A stretch of DNA of 64,000 nucleotides from Candidatus Cloacimonadales bacterium. Lineage in GTDB: Bacteria > Cloacimonadota > Cloacimonadia > Cloacimonadales > JAFGVF01. A program made the position numbers and the translations under genes. Of this stretch, positions 38,090-48,227 are shown piece by piece. The DNA is taken from contig OY782781.1 in assembly GCA_963678315.1 (NCBI GenBank), forward strand, positions 672,001-736,000, written 5' to 3'. The notes beneath the pieces are model-generated. The model was not told the DNA's origin. It made no database searches and was given only the letters and a program-made list of their open reading frames with translations. Positions within the stretch are counted from its first letter, which is position 1. The number at the start of each line of letters is the position of its first letter.

Positions 38090-41000
38090 TTACACTACTT
38101 TCACAAATTTCCCACTTACTATATACTTGTTTTCTTTCACAAAATCCATTGATTCTATAATAGAAATATAGCGATTGACCTGCTCAGAATCACTTACCTT
38201 TCCTGTCTTATAATCAATAATAGTAACTTCTTTTCTCTTATGTGAAACCATCATTCTGTCAATTCTTAATTCTTGTGAATTATCGTAAACAACTTTTTCA
38301 TTGAATATTACATCCCACTCAGTAGAAAATAAATCTGCGTTTTCTTCTATGAAGTCACAACACATCTTATAGATATATTCTAAATCAGCAAAACTTAACA
38401 AGGAGCCAAAGTCTTGCATTACCATCTTCCAGGCTAAAGATAGTTCTTCTTGACTTCCATAGCTTATAAAGGACAAGAAGTAATGAGCAACTGTTCCTAT
38501 CAGTTGTTGTTTATCTTCTAAATACACCCTCTTCATATCTACTATGGGCACATTTTCTTCGAAATCGGCACACTTTTCTTGAGAAATATAATCAGCCAGC
38601 CATATTTTTGTTTGGATATTAGTAATTTTATTATCTTCCTGTTCTGGTAAGCTTCTATCTTCTGTTGAAGAATACTTGAAGAATACTCTATCTTCATCAG
38701 AATAATTACTTGCATCTAGTTCCTGGAAATGTTGCTTATAAGCTTGAACCAATCGAGCAATTACTCTCTTATTTGTGTGCATTGTTTCAATATAGTCTTC
38801 CATTCCATTCTTGAACTTGTAATTTATAAAGAGTCCAAGATTTTTCTTTGCCCTAGTTAAAGCCACATAATATACATCAATTTCCTCTATGATTTCCTTC
38901 TTTATAGGGAAGTCTAACAAGTCTGAAAAGCCACTAGCTTTAACAATTTTTAAATCAGAAGAACTCGATTGTATCAAGAGATCATTGAAACTTTGATATT
39001 TATTGCCCTCAAATCCATATAAGAATGTAAAATTGTTAAAACCACCAGAAGAACTTAAACTTTGGTTATTAGCTAGATTCATAAAGACAAAAACATTATC
39101 AAAGCCTAGTCCTTTTGACTTATGGATAGTTAAGATAGAAATACTATCATTAAGTTTTAATCCTTGCTCAAGAATTTCACTAGTATCCTCTTTCTGTCTG
39201 CTACAATACTCTACAAAGCCATACAAATCAAATGATTCAACTTGTAGCTTACCCATCTCAAAGTTTATCAACAGTTGTTTAAAGACATAAATATTCTTCC
39301 AATCTGTTTCATTTGCACAGACATTAGCAAAATCAAATTTACCAAGAATTGCTTCAAAGAAGTCACTCATACTAGAATACTCTCTATTTATGAGTTCAAG
39401 TATTTCATTAACATAGGAATCATTTAGTAAAATCTTATAATCAATTTCCCGATAAGAATATTTATCAAAAGTATTTAACTTTTGCAGAACTAATGCCAAC
39501 TTATCTGAGCTTAGTAGAACTAAATCTGACCTCAAGAAAGATAAGAAAGAGTAATCATCCCTTAATAGTTTGTATTTAAATAGAAGATAGATTAATTTAA
39601 CTGCCCCATTGTTTAAGAGCTTTTCAGAAGATTCAATATTATTGTTAATATTTAGATTGTTTAAAGCAGTTGCAATCTGACTCGCATCCGTTTTTCTTCT
39701 TACCAAAATAGCCGTATTACCAAGATCGATTGCCCCTTTTTCTAACAAATCACTTATCTCTTGAGCAAAAACCTTAAATTCATCTGCTTCTTTGTGATTT
39801 TCTTTTGCTTTGTTATATTCCCAATAATAGACTTCAGCATTAGAATCATCTTTATAGTCCACATCTTGATAGTCCCAAGTCATATCTTGCTGAGCAAGAT
39901 CTTGCTGGAAAACTTGGTCACTGAAGGTCCTATTCACAAAAGAGAGAATATCTTTATTGGACCTATAACAGGTGCTTAAAGACTCTGGCTCTACACCTAA
40001 TACAGCTTGCATAGCAGACATCAAACCTCTTTCACCACCTCTCCAGCCATAAATAGATTGCTTACCATCACCCACAACAATAACCCCTGATGTGTCTTTC
40101 ATTGAATATCCACTAATTAACTCACTTATTATTGGAATTAGAATAGAATACTGAGTTATGGAAGTATCTTGAAACTCATCTATTAGCATATACCTAATTC
40201 TACTCACAAGTTGCTCATAAAATACATTTGTAACAGTGTTTCTGTCTCTATCAATCAAGGATAAAGACTCTTCATAAAGGTATCTATTTGTGTAATATGT
40301 AATATCATCATAAGTAAACTTAGCTAAAGACATCTTCAACCTGTCATACTCTTGACACAACAATCTCCATGCTTTTATTATATCTTCTTGTTTAGTCATT
40401 ATCCTATCAAAGATATAACAATCACATAGCTGTGATAAGACCTGATCAAATTCAATCTTTAGTTCATTTTCTATAGGCTTAATAGCCTTCTTTCTAGAAA
40501 CAGCAAATGGATAAACTTTATCAACAATTGTGCTAATATTATTCAGTACATATTCTTTATTTGCTAAGAAACTTTCAAAGTAAGCCAGTAATTCAATATC
40601 ACTATTTTCTTGGAAACTAAGTAGTGTTTTATAGTCTTTTAAGAATACTTTGGATAAGACTTTGTTCTCTTGGCTCTGTATAACTTCATCATATTTTCTT
40701 ACCAAGTTCATGTAATCTTCTTTGAATTTCACCCACATAGCATCCAATTCTTTTGTAAAACTATCTAAGCCTATTTTCATGATTCTACCAACATCTCCAG
40801 ATAGCTGACTCTTATCATAGAAATCTAGAATCCAACGATTACTAATCATAGAATCCAGATAAGTAATACTCTTCTCTACTGTTCTCAAGTTCAGCATTGA
40901 GAAGATTGGCTTGAATACAGGGAAAATACTATCAGAAAAGATATAGCTTAACAATCGTTCGTGGATCTCCATGTTAGCATTTACATCAATGGAAAAATCA

Positions 41001-41407
41001 TTTATTTTTAAGTAAGGAGCAATCATTGTTCTGAAAATATTTGTTGTAAATGAATCTATAGTTGATATTTGCAGTAAATCTTTACGTTTTAAGATATCAG
41101 GTAAGATCTTAGTTTTTATATATTCAATATCTTCATCACTTATGTCATAATTACAACTTTTTTGACAGGATTCCAATATACCTGCATAGCCTTCTCTTTT
41201 ATGTGCTATTATATCCATAAAGCCTAGAATATTTTCACGTATCTCTGCTGTTGCCTTCTTGGTAAAGGTCATTACATATATCTGACTGAAATCAAAGTCT
41301 GCATTATTCTTATTCTTGAGGAGAAGAGTTATAAATTCAAGGGATAATCTATAAGTCTTACCTGTACCAGCAGATGCCATGATTACTTTTTTGGTAATGT
41401 TTTCCAT
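38090..41407 (-). CDS. addA: AddA/RecB-like UvrD helicase-nuclease
   Basis: ASAGTGKT, TFTKKAT, IDEFQDTS, VGDGKQSIYGWRG, TIHKSKGL, YVALTRAK, C-terminal RIDR..IIDYKTG. Confidence 0.88.
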   Translation of the reverse strand: MENITKKVIMASAGTGKTYRLSLEFITLLLKNKNNADFDFSQIYVMTFTKKATAEIRENILGFMDIIAHKREGYAGILESCQKSCNYDISDEDIEYIKTKILPDILKRKDLLQISTIDSFTTNIFRTMIAPYLKINDFSIDVNANMEIHERLLSYIFSDSIFPVFKPIFSMLNLRTVEKSITYLDSMISNRWILDFYDKSQLSGDVGRIMKIGLDSFTKELDAMWVKFKEDYMNLVRKYDEVIQSQENKVLSKVFLKDYKTLLSFQENSDIELLAYFESFLANKEYVLNNISTIVDKVYPFAVSRKKAIKPIENELKIEFDQVLSQLCDCYIFDRIMTKQEDIIKAWRLLCQEYDRLKMSLAKFTYDDITYYTNRYLYEESLSLIDRDRNTVTNVFYEQLVSRIRYMLIDEFQDTSITQYSILIPIISELISGYSMKDTSGVIVVGDGKQSIYGWRGGERGLMSAMQAVLGVEPESLSTCYRSNKDILSFVNRTFSDQVFQQDLAQQDMTWDYQDVDYKDDSNAEVYYWEYNKAKENHKEADEFKVFAQEISDLLEKGAIDLGNTAILVRRKTDASQIATALNNLNINNNIESSEKLLNNGAVKLIYLLFKYKLLRDDYSFLSFLRSDLVLLSSDKLALVLQKLNTFDKYSYREIDYKILLNDSYVNEILELINREYSSMSDFFEAILGKFDFANVCANETDWKNIYVFKQLLINFEMGKLQVESFDLYGFVEYCSRQKEDTSEILEQGLKLNDSISILTIHKSKGLGFDNVFVFMNLANNQSLSSSGGFNNFTFLYGFEGNKYQSFNDLLIQSSSSDLKIVKASGFSDLLDFPIKKEIIEEIDVYYVALTRAKKNLGLFINYKFKNGMEDYIETMHTNKRVIARLVQAYKQHFQELDASNYSDEDRVFFKYSSTEDRSLPEQEDNKITNIQTKIWLADYISQEKCADFEENVPIVDMKRVYLEDKQQLIGTVAHYFLSFISYGSQEELSLAWKMVMQDFGSLLSFADLEYIYKMCCDFIEENADLFSTEWDVIFNEKVVYDNSQELRIDRMMVSHKRKEVTIIDYKTGKVSDSEQVNRYISIIESMDFVKENKYIVSGKFVKVV

Positions 41408-44163
41408 TATCTTCTCCTCCTTAAATCTTCTCTACTTATCTGATTAGAATAGGTCCGTACTTTTCCTTTTTCAGGAATAAAGAATCCTTCATCAGCTATG
41501 ATATTTAAGACTTCTATTAATTTGCCCTGAAGATTTTCTATCAGTTCTTTAGAACTCTTTTTCTCTTCATCCCACAGCTGTTTATATACTTGATAAATGG
41601 CTCCCTTTATACTTTCTCCAGCCATTATATTATCTAAATAGTAAATATATTCATAAATAGTTAATTGCTGTTTATTGTAGTTACCAGTCTTGAAATCTAC
41701 TAGCCATTTCCTATCATTCTCTAAACTTTCTATACGCAAATCAGCTTTACCTCTAACCCCAATATTTAAGCCATAATCATTTCTTGAAGACTCTATAAAA
41801 TCTCGGTAAGCTTGCTCTTTCTTAGTCATGAAATCACCTTCTGGAATTAGCTTGATCTTGTGCTCAGATAGATTCAAGAAAGAGTGCATTATTCTATTGA
41901 AGAAGTGCTTCATCCCCTCAATAACAAGATCTCTGAAGACCTTATTAATAAACTGCTTTGAATAGTTATGAGGAATTTTGAAATCTTGATTTGGATAATT
42001 GCTCATGAGAGAATCAAAAACCTGGCTCAAATACTTTTCGTCTAAAAACTGGAACTTATAATATACTTCTTCATTAGGAAATGTTTGATTAATTCGAGAA
42101 ACAATATGATTAATATAATCTTGGGTCAATATACCAATAAACCTGAAATCCTGCTTAGGAGAATCATATAAATCCTGATGCCTTAATCCAGCATAATCAG
42201 ATACCAAATAGTTAAAAGGATTTTCTATTAAGTGACTCAACTGAGTATAGGATAAATCTAATCTCCCACTTCCAGCTGTTAATGAATCTTGACTTATCTT
42301 AACCTTAAAAAATTCATCATTAATCTCTTTCTTATATAGAACATCATTTTTCAATAATTGGGAATAACCCATATCATCTGTATTTATCTTATATTGACTG
42401 CTATCTATAGCCATTTCTTCTATGTAAGAAGACATTTCAGTGTTTTCATCAAGATCTACAATCGTAAACAAGTAAACTTCTTTAGAAGTTAATAAAAGCC
42501 TATAGAAATAGTACTTTTCACGGAGTCTAATATCCTCATAAGACTTTAGTCCTATAACTTCTCTTTGCTTTTCATTAAAGATGAATTGACTGGATCTTCT
42601 CTTGGGAAATTCACCTTCTACCATATTCAAAAATGCTACTGAATCATAGCTGTTATTTCTGGTATCAAGCAAGGAGTTTATACGAATACGATTCTTTCTA
42701 TCTAGTGCTTTATAACTGATTTTCTTGGATTTCAAACCATCATAAAATAGCTTATAGATAATCAAATGACTTGCCTTAGATGATAATTCAGACCAATCAC
42801 TAATCAAATCATTGAAGTTAAAGGATTTTAGGTTAGCAAGCTCTGTGTAAAAGACCTCTCTTAGATTGCTATATTTCTTTTCATAACTAGTACACAACTT
42901 ATCTATGATTATACCTTCTTCATTGTCGATAAGCTCTATCAGGTTGTTCATAGAATTTATCTTGCTTACCTTTTCGACCAAGGTCAATATCTTCTGAATA
43001 CTCTCTTTTAGTTCTGAGCTATATCTAATCTTTTCTAAAGAAAGATTCTTATCTAAATAGAGAAATCCATTATCCAATAAGCGATTGAGTTCATCTACTA
43101 ACTTCCTAGAATTAGCAAGCTCAAAATAAGCTACAACTTGCGGGTTCAAGAATGCCTTTATTACTTGGTAGGTTGGTATATAGTATCGGTTATTGTAGTA
43201 TTCATAATTGTTAAGTAAATCATTCAATATTGAGAAGAAATGAAATAAAGCACTAGAGCTTATTGGCTGAGTATATCCAATAGAAAACTTGTCTTTACTT
43301 AAGATTTGCGAATAACTTTTTTCATAGAAATCCTTATCTATTATCTGTGAAACTTTATTCTCATTTAATACCCCACACAAAGAATTCAACATTGTGAATT
43401 CATTCTTACAAACATGAACCTCTACTTTCTCATTTATACCTAAATCTTTTATATCACTAAAAGAGAAGTCCAAACAACTTAAAGTCTCCTTATCAACAAA
43501 CTTTTCAGGAATTTGATAACATAAAGTAAGCTCTTTTCCTTGCTCATGGAATAAGTTAATTATCTTACGTTCAAGACCTGTATAGTAAAATTGATTAACA
43601 AAATATATTCTTTCATATTTAGCAAAACTACTTATGTTTATCAATTCTTGCCTGAGAAAGAATATCCTGTCTGCATAACCCCTTTCTTTGAGACTTTCCC
43701 TATATCTAGTAAGTAAATCAAGAACCTTAGTAAAGTAGTCTTCTTGCCACTCAAACAGTGATACAGCTTTATTATGTAGTTCTTCAAGCAAAGTACTAGA
43801 ATCAACCATTTCTTCAGATAATTCTTCGAATAAAGAAAATATTTTGTTAGCTAAAATAATAAAATCAAAGAAGTCGCTTACGTTGAAATATTTTTTGTCT
43901 TCATCTGTTAAGACTTGATACAAAGCTACAACCCTCTTATCATCGGCTAAAAGACTCTTATCGGTAGCTAAAACAATATTCTTCAGCTCTTCCATAGAGA
44001 AGAAGAGAATATCCTCGAATTGCCAATTCTTCTGGAAAATCCCCTGCACCCTATTTGCATTATTTTTAGATGGATATACCACAATTGTCTTATCTTTATT
44101 TTCTACAAACCCCTCTATATCAAGCAAATTATCTTCAAAATTAAAGAACTTAAATTTTACCAT
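41407..44163 (-). CDS. addB: AddB-like inactivated helicase with PD-(D/E)XK nuclease
   Basis: Coupled to addA; LSYTQL, GKADLR, LVDFKTG..QL.IY. Confidence 0.75.
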   Translation of the reverse strand: MVKFKFFNFEDNLLDIEGFVENKDKTIVVYPSKNNANRVQGIFQKNWQFEDILFFSMEELKNIVLATDKSLLADDKRVVALYQVLTDEDKKYFNVSDFFDFIILANKIFSLFEELSEEMVDSSTLLEELHNKAVSLFEWQEDYFTKVLDLLTRYRESLKERGYADRIFFLRQELINISSFAKYERIYFVNQFYYTGLERKIINLFHEQGKELTLCYQIPEKFVDKETLSCLDFSFSDIKDLGINEKVEVHVCKNEFTMLNSLCGVLNENKVSQIIDKDFYEKSYSQILSKDKFSIGYTQPISSSALFHFFSILNDLLNNYEYYNNRYYIPTYQVIKAFLNPQVVAYFELANSRKLVDELNRLLDNGFLYLDKNLSLEKIRYSSELKESIQKILTLVEKVSKINSMNNLIELIDNEEGIIIDKLCTSYEKKYSNLREVFYTELANLKSFNFNDLISDWSELSSKASHLIIYKLFYDGLKSKKISYKALDRKNRIRINSLLDTRNNSYDSVAFLNMVEGEFPKRRSSQFIFNEKQREVIGLKSYEDIRLREKYYFYRLLLTSKEVYLFTIVDLDENTEMSSYIEEMAIDSSQYKINTDDMGYSQLLKNDVLYKKEINDEFFKVKISQDSLTAGSGRLDLSYTQLSHLIENPFNYLVSDYAGLRHQDLYDSPKQDFRFIGILTQDYINHIVSRINQTFPNEEVYYKFQFLDEKYLSQVFDSLMSNYPNQDFKIPHNYSKQFINKVFRDLVIEGMKHFFNRIMHSFLNLSEHKIKLIPEGDFMTKKEQAYRDFIESSRNDYGLNIGVRGKADLRIESLENDRKWLVDFKTGNYNKQQLTIYEYIYYLDNIMAGESIKGAIYQVYKQLWDEEKKSSKELIENLQGKLIEVLNIIADEGFFIPEKGKVRTYSNQISREDLRRRR

Positions 44164-44314
44164 ACCAACTCCTTAGCTAGACATTAAATCCAAATTTATA
44201 TTCCGTTATTCAATTATAATATCTATCCTAAAAATGTTGCAAGGAAAATTAAAAAGTTTTTAACAATTACACTTTCTCAAAGTGAACTCTATCACAACTC
44301 CTACTAACTCCTTG

Positions 44315-44575
44315 CTTACTTGCCTCCTTGAAAAAAAGCCGATTTTTCAAGGAGACCCTTAAGGAAGAAGGGAGGAGTGAGTGAGTTAAAAGTTGGGACA
44401 GGGCATACTGGGATCGCCAGCCTCCGAGCTGGCTTCACTTAGAACGCAGTGATAAGTGAATTTGTAGAGACGTTTGGAAAAACGTCTCAGATACAAGCTA
44501 GAAGCTTGTGCACCCAGAGGGTGATGGAGTGTAAGCATCCACCGATAGGTTGAACGAAGTTCATGCTTACACAAA
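44315..44575. repeat. modular hairpin repeat, locus 5
   Basis: Same left (CTTACTTGCC) and right (ATGCTTAC.CAAA) modules as locus 1, different interior. Confidence 0.9.
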
Positions 44576-44649
44576 GATAACCACCTCCCATAAGTACAAA
44601 AAAGCCCCAGAACAAGTCTAGGGCTATATATATTTTTCTTATTTAACTA

Positions 44650-46083
44650 TTAAACACTATAATATAAAGAAACTTCCATTGGATGAGGTCTATTATAAAC
44701 TTCAGCAACTTCTTTACGTTTCATAGCGATGAATGATTCAATAAGTTCTATATTGAAAACATCTCCAGCAAGAAGATAATCATGGTCAGCTTCTAAAGCA
44801 TCTAAAGCTTGAGTTAAGTTTTCAGGAACTGAGTTAAGAGTAGCTTTCTTATCTTCAGGCCAAGCGAAAACATTATCATCATAAGGACCGAAGTTATGAT
44901 CAGCTGGATTGATTTTCTTTTGAATACCATCAAGACCTGCAAGAAGAAGAGCAGACATTGCTAAGTATGGGTTACATGTAGCATCACCTGTTCTAAATTC
45001 AACACGTTTGAGTTCTTCTGTTGTTGCATATTTAGGGATTCTAATTGCAGCAGATCTATTAGCAAGTCCGAAGAAGAGCTTAGTTGGTGCTTCAAAACCA
45101 GGAAGCAATCTCTTATAAGAGTTTGTTGATGGGTTAGTTAAAGCAGCTAAAGAACGTCCGTGAAGAAGGATACCGCCCATAAACCAGATAGCTTCGTCTG
45201 AAAGGTCTGCGTATTTACCTTCTTGGAAGAAGATATTCTTTCCATCTTTCTTTAATTGAATATGGAAGTGCATACCGTTACCAGCTTCATTATAGATTGG
45301 TTTTGGCATAAATGTAGCAGTAAAACCATTCTCTAAAGAGATTCTTCTGATAAGGTCTTTGATAACTTTTACATCATCACAGATTTTAGGGAAAGGTAAT
45401 AATTCTGTTTCAATTTCTTGTTGTGAAGATAAGCCAACTTCGTGGTGGTTATATCTTACATCAATACCTAGCTCTTCAATTTTATCAGACATTTGAAGTC
45501 TTAAACCATAGAATCTATCAAAAGGATTATCCATGTGATAACCTTTAACACCAGCTTGAGCTAAGCCGTTGTAGTCGATACATTCGCTTGGGAAACAAGT
45601 TTTATCTTCTGATGAAGAGATTTGGCATTGTACATTGTATTTATCATTAGAATATTTAATATCATCAAAGATATGAAATTCAAATTCAGGAATCCAAAGC
45701 GAAGTATCAGCAATACCAGTTGATTCCATGTATTTTTGAGCTCTCAGAGCAACTGATCTTGGGTCTTTCTTAACACCAATTCTAGTATCAGCATCACAGA
45801 TTGAGCAAAGAATTCTTAGCACACCACCGTCAAAATCATAGTCTTGAACTGGGTCAAAGTGAGCAGAAGTGATATCTGGCATTAAAACCATATCACCAGA
45901 CTCAACAGCTCTCATACCAGGAATACTTGAACCATCAAACGGTACACCAAGTTTCAAAACACTTTCAAATCTTGCAGCTGGAAATGAGATATGATACCAT
46001 TTTCCATCAAGACCAGCGTACTTCAAATCAATCGCTTTGATTTCACCAGAAGCGATTAAATCACGAATTTTTTGTAATTCCAT
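44650..46083 (-). CDS. glnA: glutamine synthetase type I
   Basis: FDGSSI, HHEV, TFMPKP, GNGMHFH, NSYKRL.PGFEAP, NRSAAIRIP, NPYLA; ATG 46083 after AGGGGG. Confidence 0.95.
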   Translation of the reverse strand: MELQKIRDLIASGEIKAIDLKYAGLDGKWYHISFPAARFESVLKLGVPFDGSSIPGMRAVESGDMVLMPDITSAHFDPVQDYDFDGGVLRILCSICDADTRIGVKKDPRSVALRAQKYMESTGIADTSLWIPEFEFHIFDDIKYSNDKYNVQCQISSSEDKTCFPSECIDYNGLAQAGVKGYHMDNPFDRFYGLRLQMSDKIEELGIDVRYNHHEVGLSSQQEIETELLPFPKICDDVKVIKDLIRRISLENGFTATFMPKPIYNEAGNGMHFHIQLKKDGKNIFFQEGKYADLSDEAIWFMGGILLHGRSLAALTNPSTNSYKRLLPGFEAPTKLFFGLANRSAAIRIPKYATTEELKRVEFRTGDATCNPYLAMSALLLAGLDGIQKKINPADHNFGPYDDNVFAWPEDKKATLNSVPENLTQALDALEADHDYLLAGDVFNIELIESFIAMKRKEVAEVYNRPHPMEVSLYYSV

Positions 46084-46141
46084 TTTTCCCCCTAATAAGA
46101 TTAGCACAATCTTATATAAGTATATATTTTTTGTTTTTTAT

Positions 46142-46804
46142 TTAAAAGAATAAGTTGATAAAGCCATACAAAATCGACCAAACTATTTGAACCGGTTTAT
46201 TGATAACTAGTCCAATTATTGAAATATTAAGAATATTACCTAAAAGCATTGCTCCCAGAATAATATACATACCGTATCTTTCTAGTTTAGAGTATTGTAT
46301 ATAAGCTTCATCAGATAAAAAAGCACCTACAACTCTTGAACCATCAAGAGGTGGCACAGGTATTAGATTAAACAGAGCTAAGAAGATATTTACTTGCATT
46401 GTTAATATCAAAACTTCAAAGATTCTAGCATTAGCAGATATCTCTAATTTAGCTAAAAGGACATAAACCAAAGCTAAGAAGAAGGCTATAACGAAATTCA
46501 TTATAGGACCAGCAGCCCCAGTAATACCCATTCCTCTCTTATAATTCTTGAAGTTATATGGGTTTATTGGCACAGGTTTAGCATATCCAAAAGCAAAACC
46601 AGCCATTGAATAAAGTATTATTGGTAATATAATTGTTCCAAAAATATCAATGTGCTTTAAAGGATTTAAGGATAATCTACCTTGTCTCTTAGCTGTATCA
46701 TCTCCCAACAAATAAGCAGAATAACCATGACTTATCTCATGCAAAACGATTGACATGAAGATAAAGACAAAGGCTAATACAGAAGATGTTAAATCTAATT
46801 TCAT
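46142..46804 (-). CDS. site-2 protease (M50)
   Basis: HEISH, AAGP, FNLIPVPPLDG. Confidence 0.92.
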   Translation of the reverse strand: MKLDLTSSVLAFVFIFMSIVLHEISHGYSAYLLGDDTAKRQGRLSLNPLKHIDIFGTIILPIILYSMAGFAFGYAKPVPINPYNFKNYKRGMGITGAAGPIMNFVIAFFLALVYVLLAKLEISANARIFEVLILTMQVNIFLALFNLIPVPPLDGSRVVGAFLSDEAYIQYSKLERYGMYIILGAMLLGNILNISIIGLVINKPVQIVWSILYGFINLFF

Positions 46805-46826
46805 ATATTCATACCTTAGTTAAATG

Positions 46827-48029
46827 TTACTTTTTAATAATCTTAGCAAAACGTCTTTTACCAACTTTTACTATGATTTCTTGACCTAATTCAACTTCTA
46901 AATCAGGATTATTAATTTTATCACCATTAATTGAAACAGCATTTTGTTTAAGCATTCTCTTAGCTTCTCCATTAGTCTTGCAAAGCTCAGTATCAGTAAG
47001 AAGTTTAACTATCCATAGCTTATCTTCTGCAAAGGCAAATTCAGGAATATCATCAGGAAGCTTACCTTTAGCAAAGACTTCATTAAAAGCTGTTTCTTCA
47101 GCTAAACCAGCTTCTTGACCATGATAGATAGATACTATTGCTCTAGCTAATTCTTGCTTCATATTCTTAGGATTCTCACCTGATTCAAGACGCTTTTCAA
47201 TCTCTTTAATCTCTTCAGGAGTATAGTTAGTTGCATAGTTGAAGTAGTTTGTGATAAGGTTATCAGGTATTGACATTACTTTACCATACTTATCCTTAGG
47301 TGTATCAAAGACAGCTATGTAGTTGTTGAGTGATTTACCCATCTTGTTAACACCATCTGTTCCTAATAGAATAGGGGACATGATAGCAACCTGCTCTTCT
47401 TGTCCGAAGTATCTTTGCATATCTCTACCAGCTAAAAGATTGAACTTTTGTTCAGTAGCACCAAGCTCAATGTCAGCTTCAACAGCTACAGAATCATAAC
47501 CTTGTAGAATTGGGTACATTATTTCATGCATTCCCAATGGAAGACCATTCTCATATCTTTTACGGAATGTATCATGTGCTAAGAATTGAGCAAGAGTGAA
47601 CTTACCCATAAGCTTGATTACATCAGCCATAGTCATTCCACCGAACCATTCTGATTGATATCTAACTTCTGTTTTATCTTTATCTAAAACAGTATATAAC
47701 TGCTCCATATATTTTTCACTATTAATCTTTACTTGCTCTGGAGTTAATGGTGGTCTTGTTTCGTTCTTACCTGTAGGATCTCCAATCTGTGCTGTAAAAT
47801 CTCCAATAATAATAACACCTGTGTGTCCTAAATCTTGGAATTGTCTCATCTTTCTAATTGGAACTAAGTGACCTATATGCACGTCTGAACCTGTTGGGTC
47901 AATACCATATTTTATTCTAAGAGGTTTTCCTGTCTTTTCAGCTTTCTTAAGCTTCTCAATTAATTTATCTTCGGGAACAATTTCCTCTACACTTTGTTTT
48001 AACAACTTTACTTGTTCTTCTATAGTCAT
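46827..48029 (-). CDS. tyrS: tyrosine--tRNA ligase
   Basis: GIDPT..VHIGH, YPILQGYD, KMGKS, C-terminal S4 domain VGKRRF. Confidence 0.96.
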   Translation of the reverse strand: MTIEEQVKLLKQSVEEIVPEDKLIEKLKKAEKTGKPLRIKYGIDPTGSDVHIGHLVPIRKMRQFQDLGHTGVIIIGDFTAQIGDPTGKNETRPPLTPEQVKINSEKYMEQLYTVLDKDKTEVRYQSEWFGGMTMADVIKLMGKFTLAQFLAHDTFRKRYENGLPLGMHEIMYPILQGYDSVAVEADIELGATEQKFNLLAGRDMQRYFGQEEQVAIMSPILLGTDGVNKMGKSLNNYIAVFDTPKDKYGKVMSIPDNLITNYFNYATNYTPEEIKEIEKRLESGENPKNMKQELARAIVSIYHGQEAGLAEETAFNEVFAKGKLPDDIPEFAFAEDKLWIVKLLTDTELCKTNGEAKRMLKQNAVSINGDKINNPDLEVELGQEIIVKVGKRRFAKIIKK

Positions 48030-48147
48030 CTCTATACCTCTTCTTCATACGAAATTTTAAGCGAATTTTCAACAAATGCATTTTTGTTAAAAACCCTATT
48101 TATCGTCAAGCTAATTCCGAACTTACGCTATTCGATAGCCTAAACGT

Positions 48148-48181
48148 AAAAAGAGAGTACTAACACTGGGTCAGTACTCTC
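48148..48181 (-). terminator. intrinsic terminator
   Basis: GAGAGTACT...AGTACTCTC followed by T5 on the minus strand. Confidence 0.75.
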
Positions 48182-48227
48182 CTAACTAATTTATAATTTT
48201 TGTGTATTTACTTTTCTAATCTTGCTA

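Noticed and set aside
38090..44163. Helicase-nuclease pair plus methyltransferase as a defence system
   Set aside because: Order, sizes and motifs fit housekeeping AddAB; the adjacent methyltransferase lacks DNA-MTase catalytic motifs.
48030..48147. T-box leader for tyrS
   Set aside because: Region is too short and lacks the AAGGTGGTACC-type T-box sequence.
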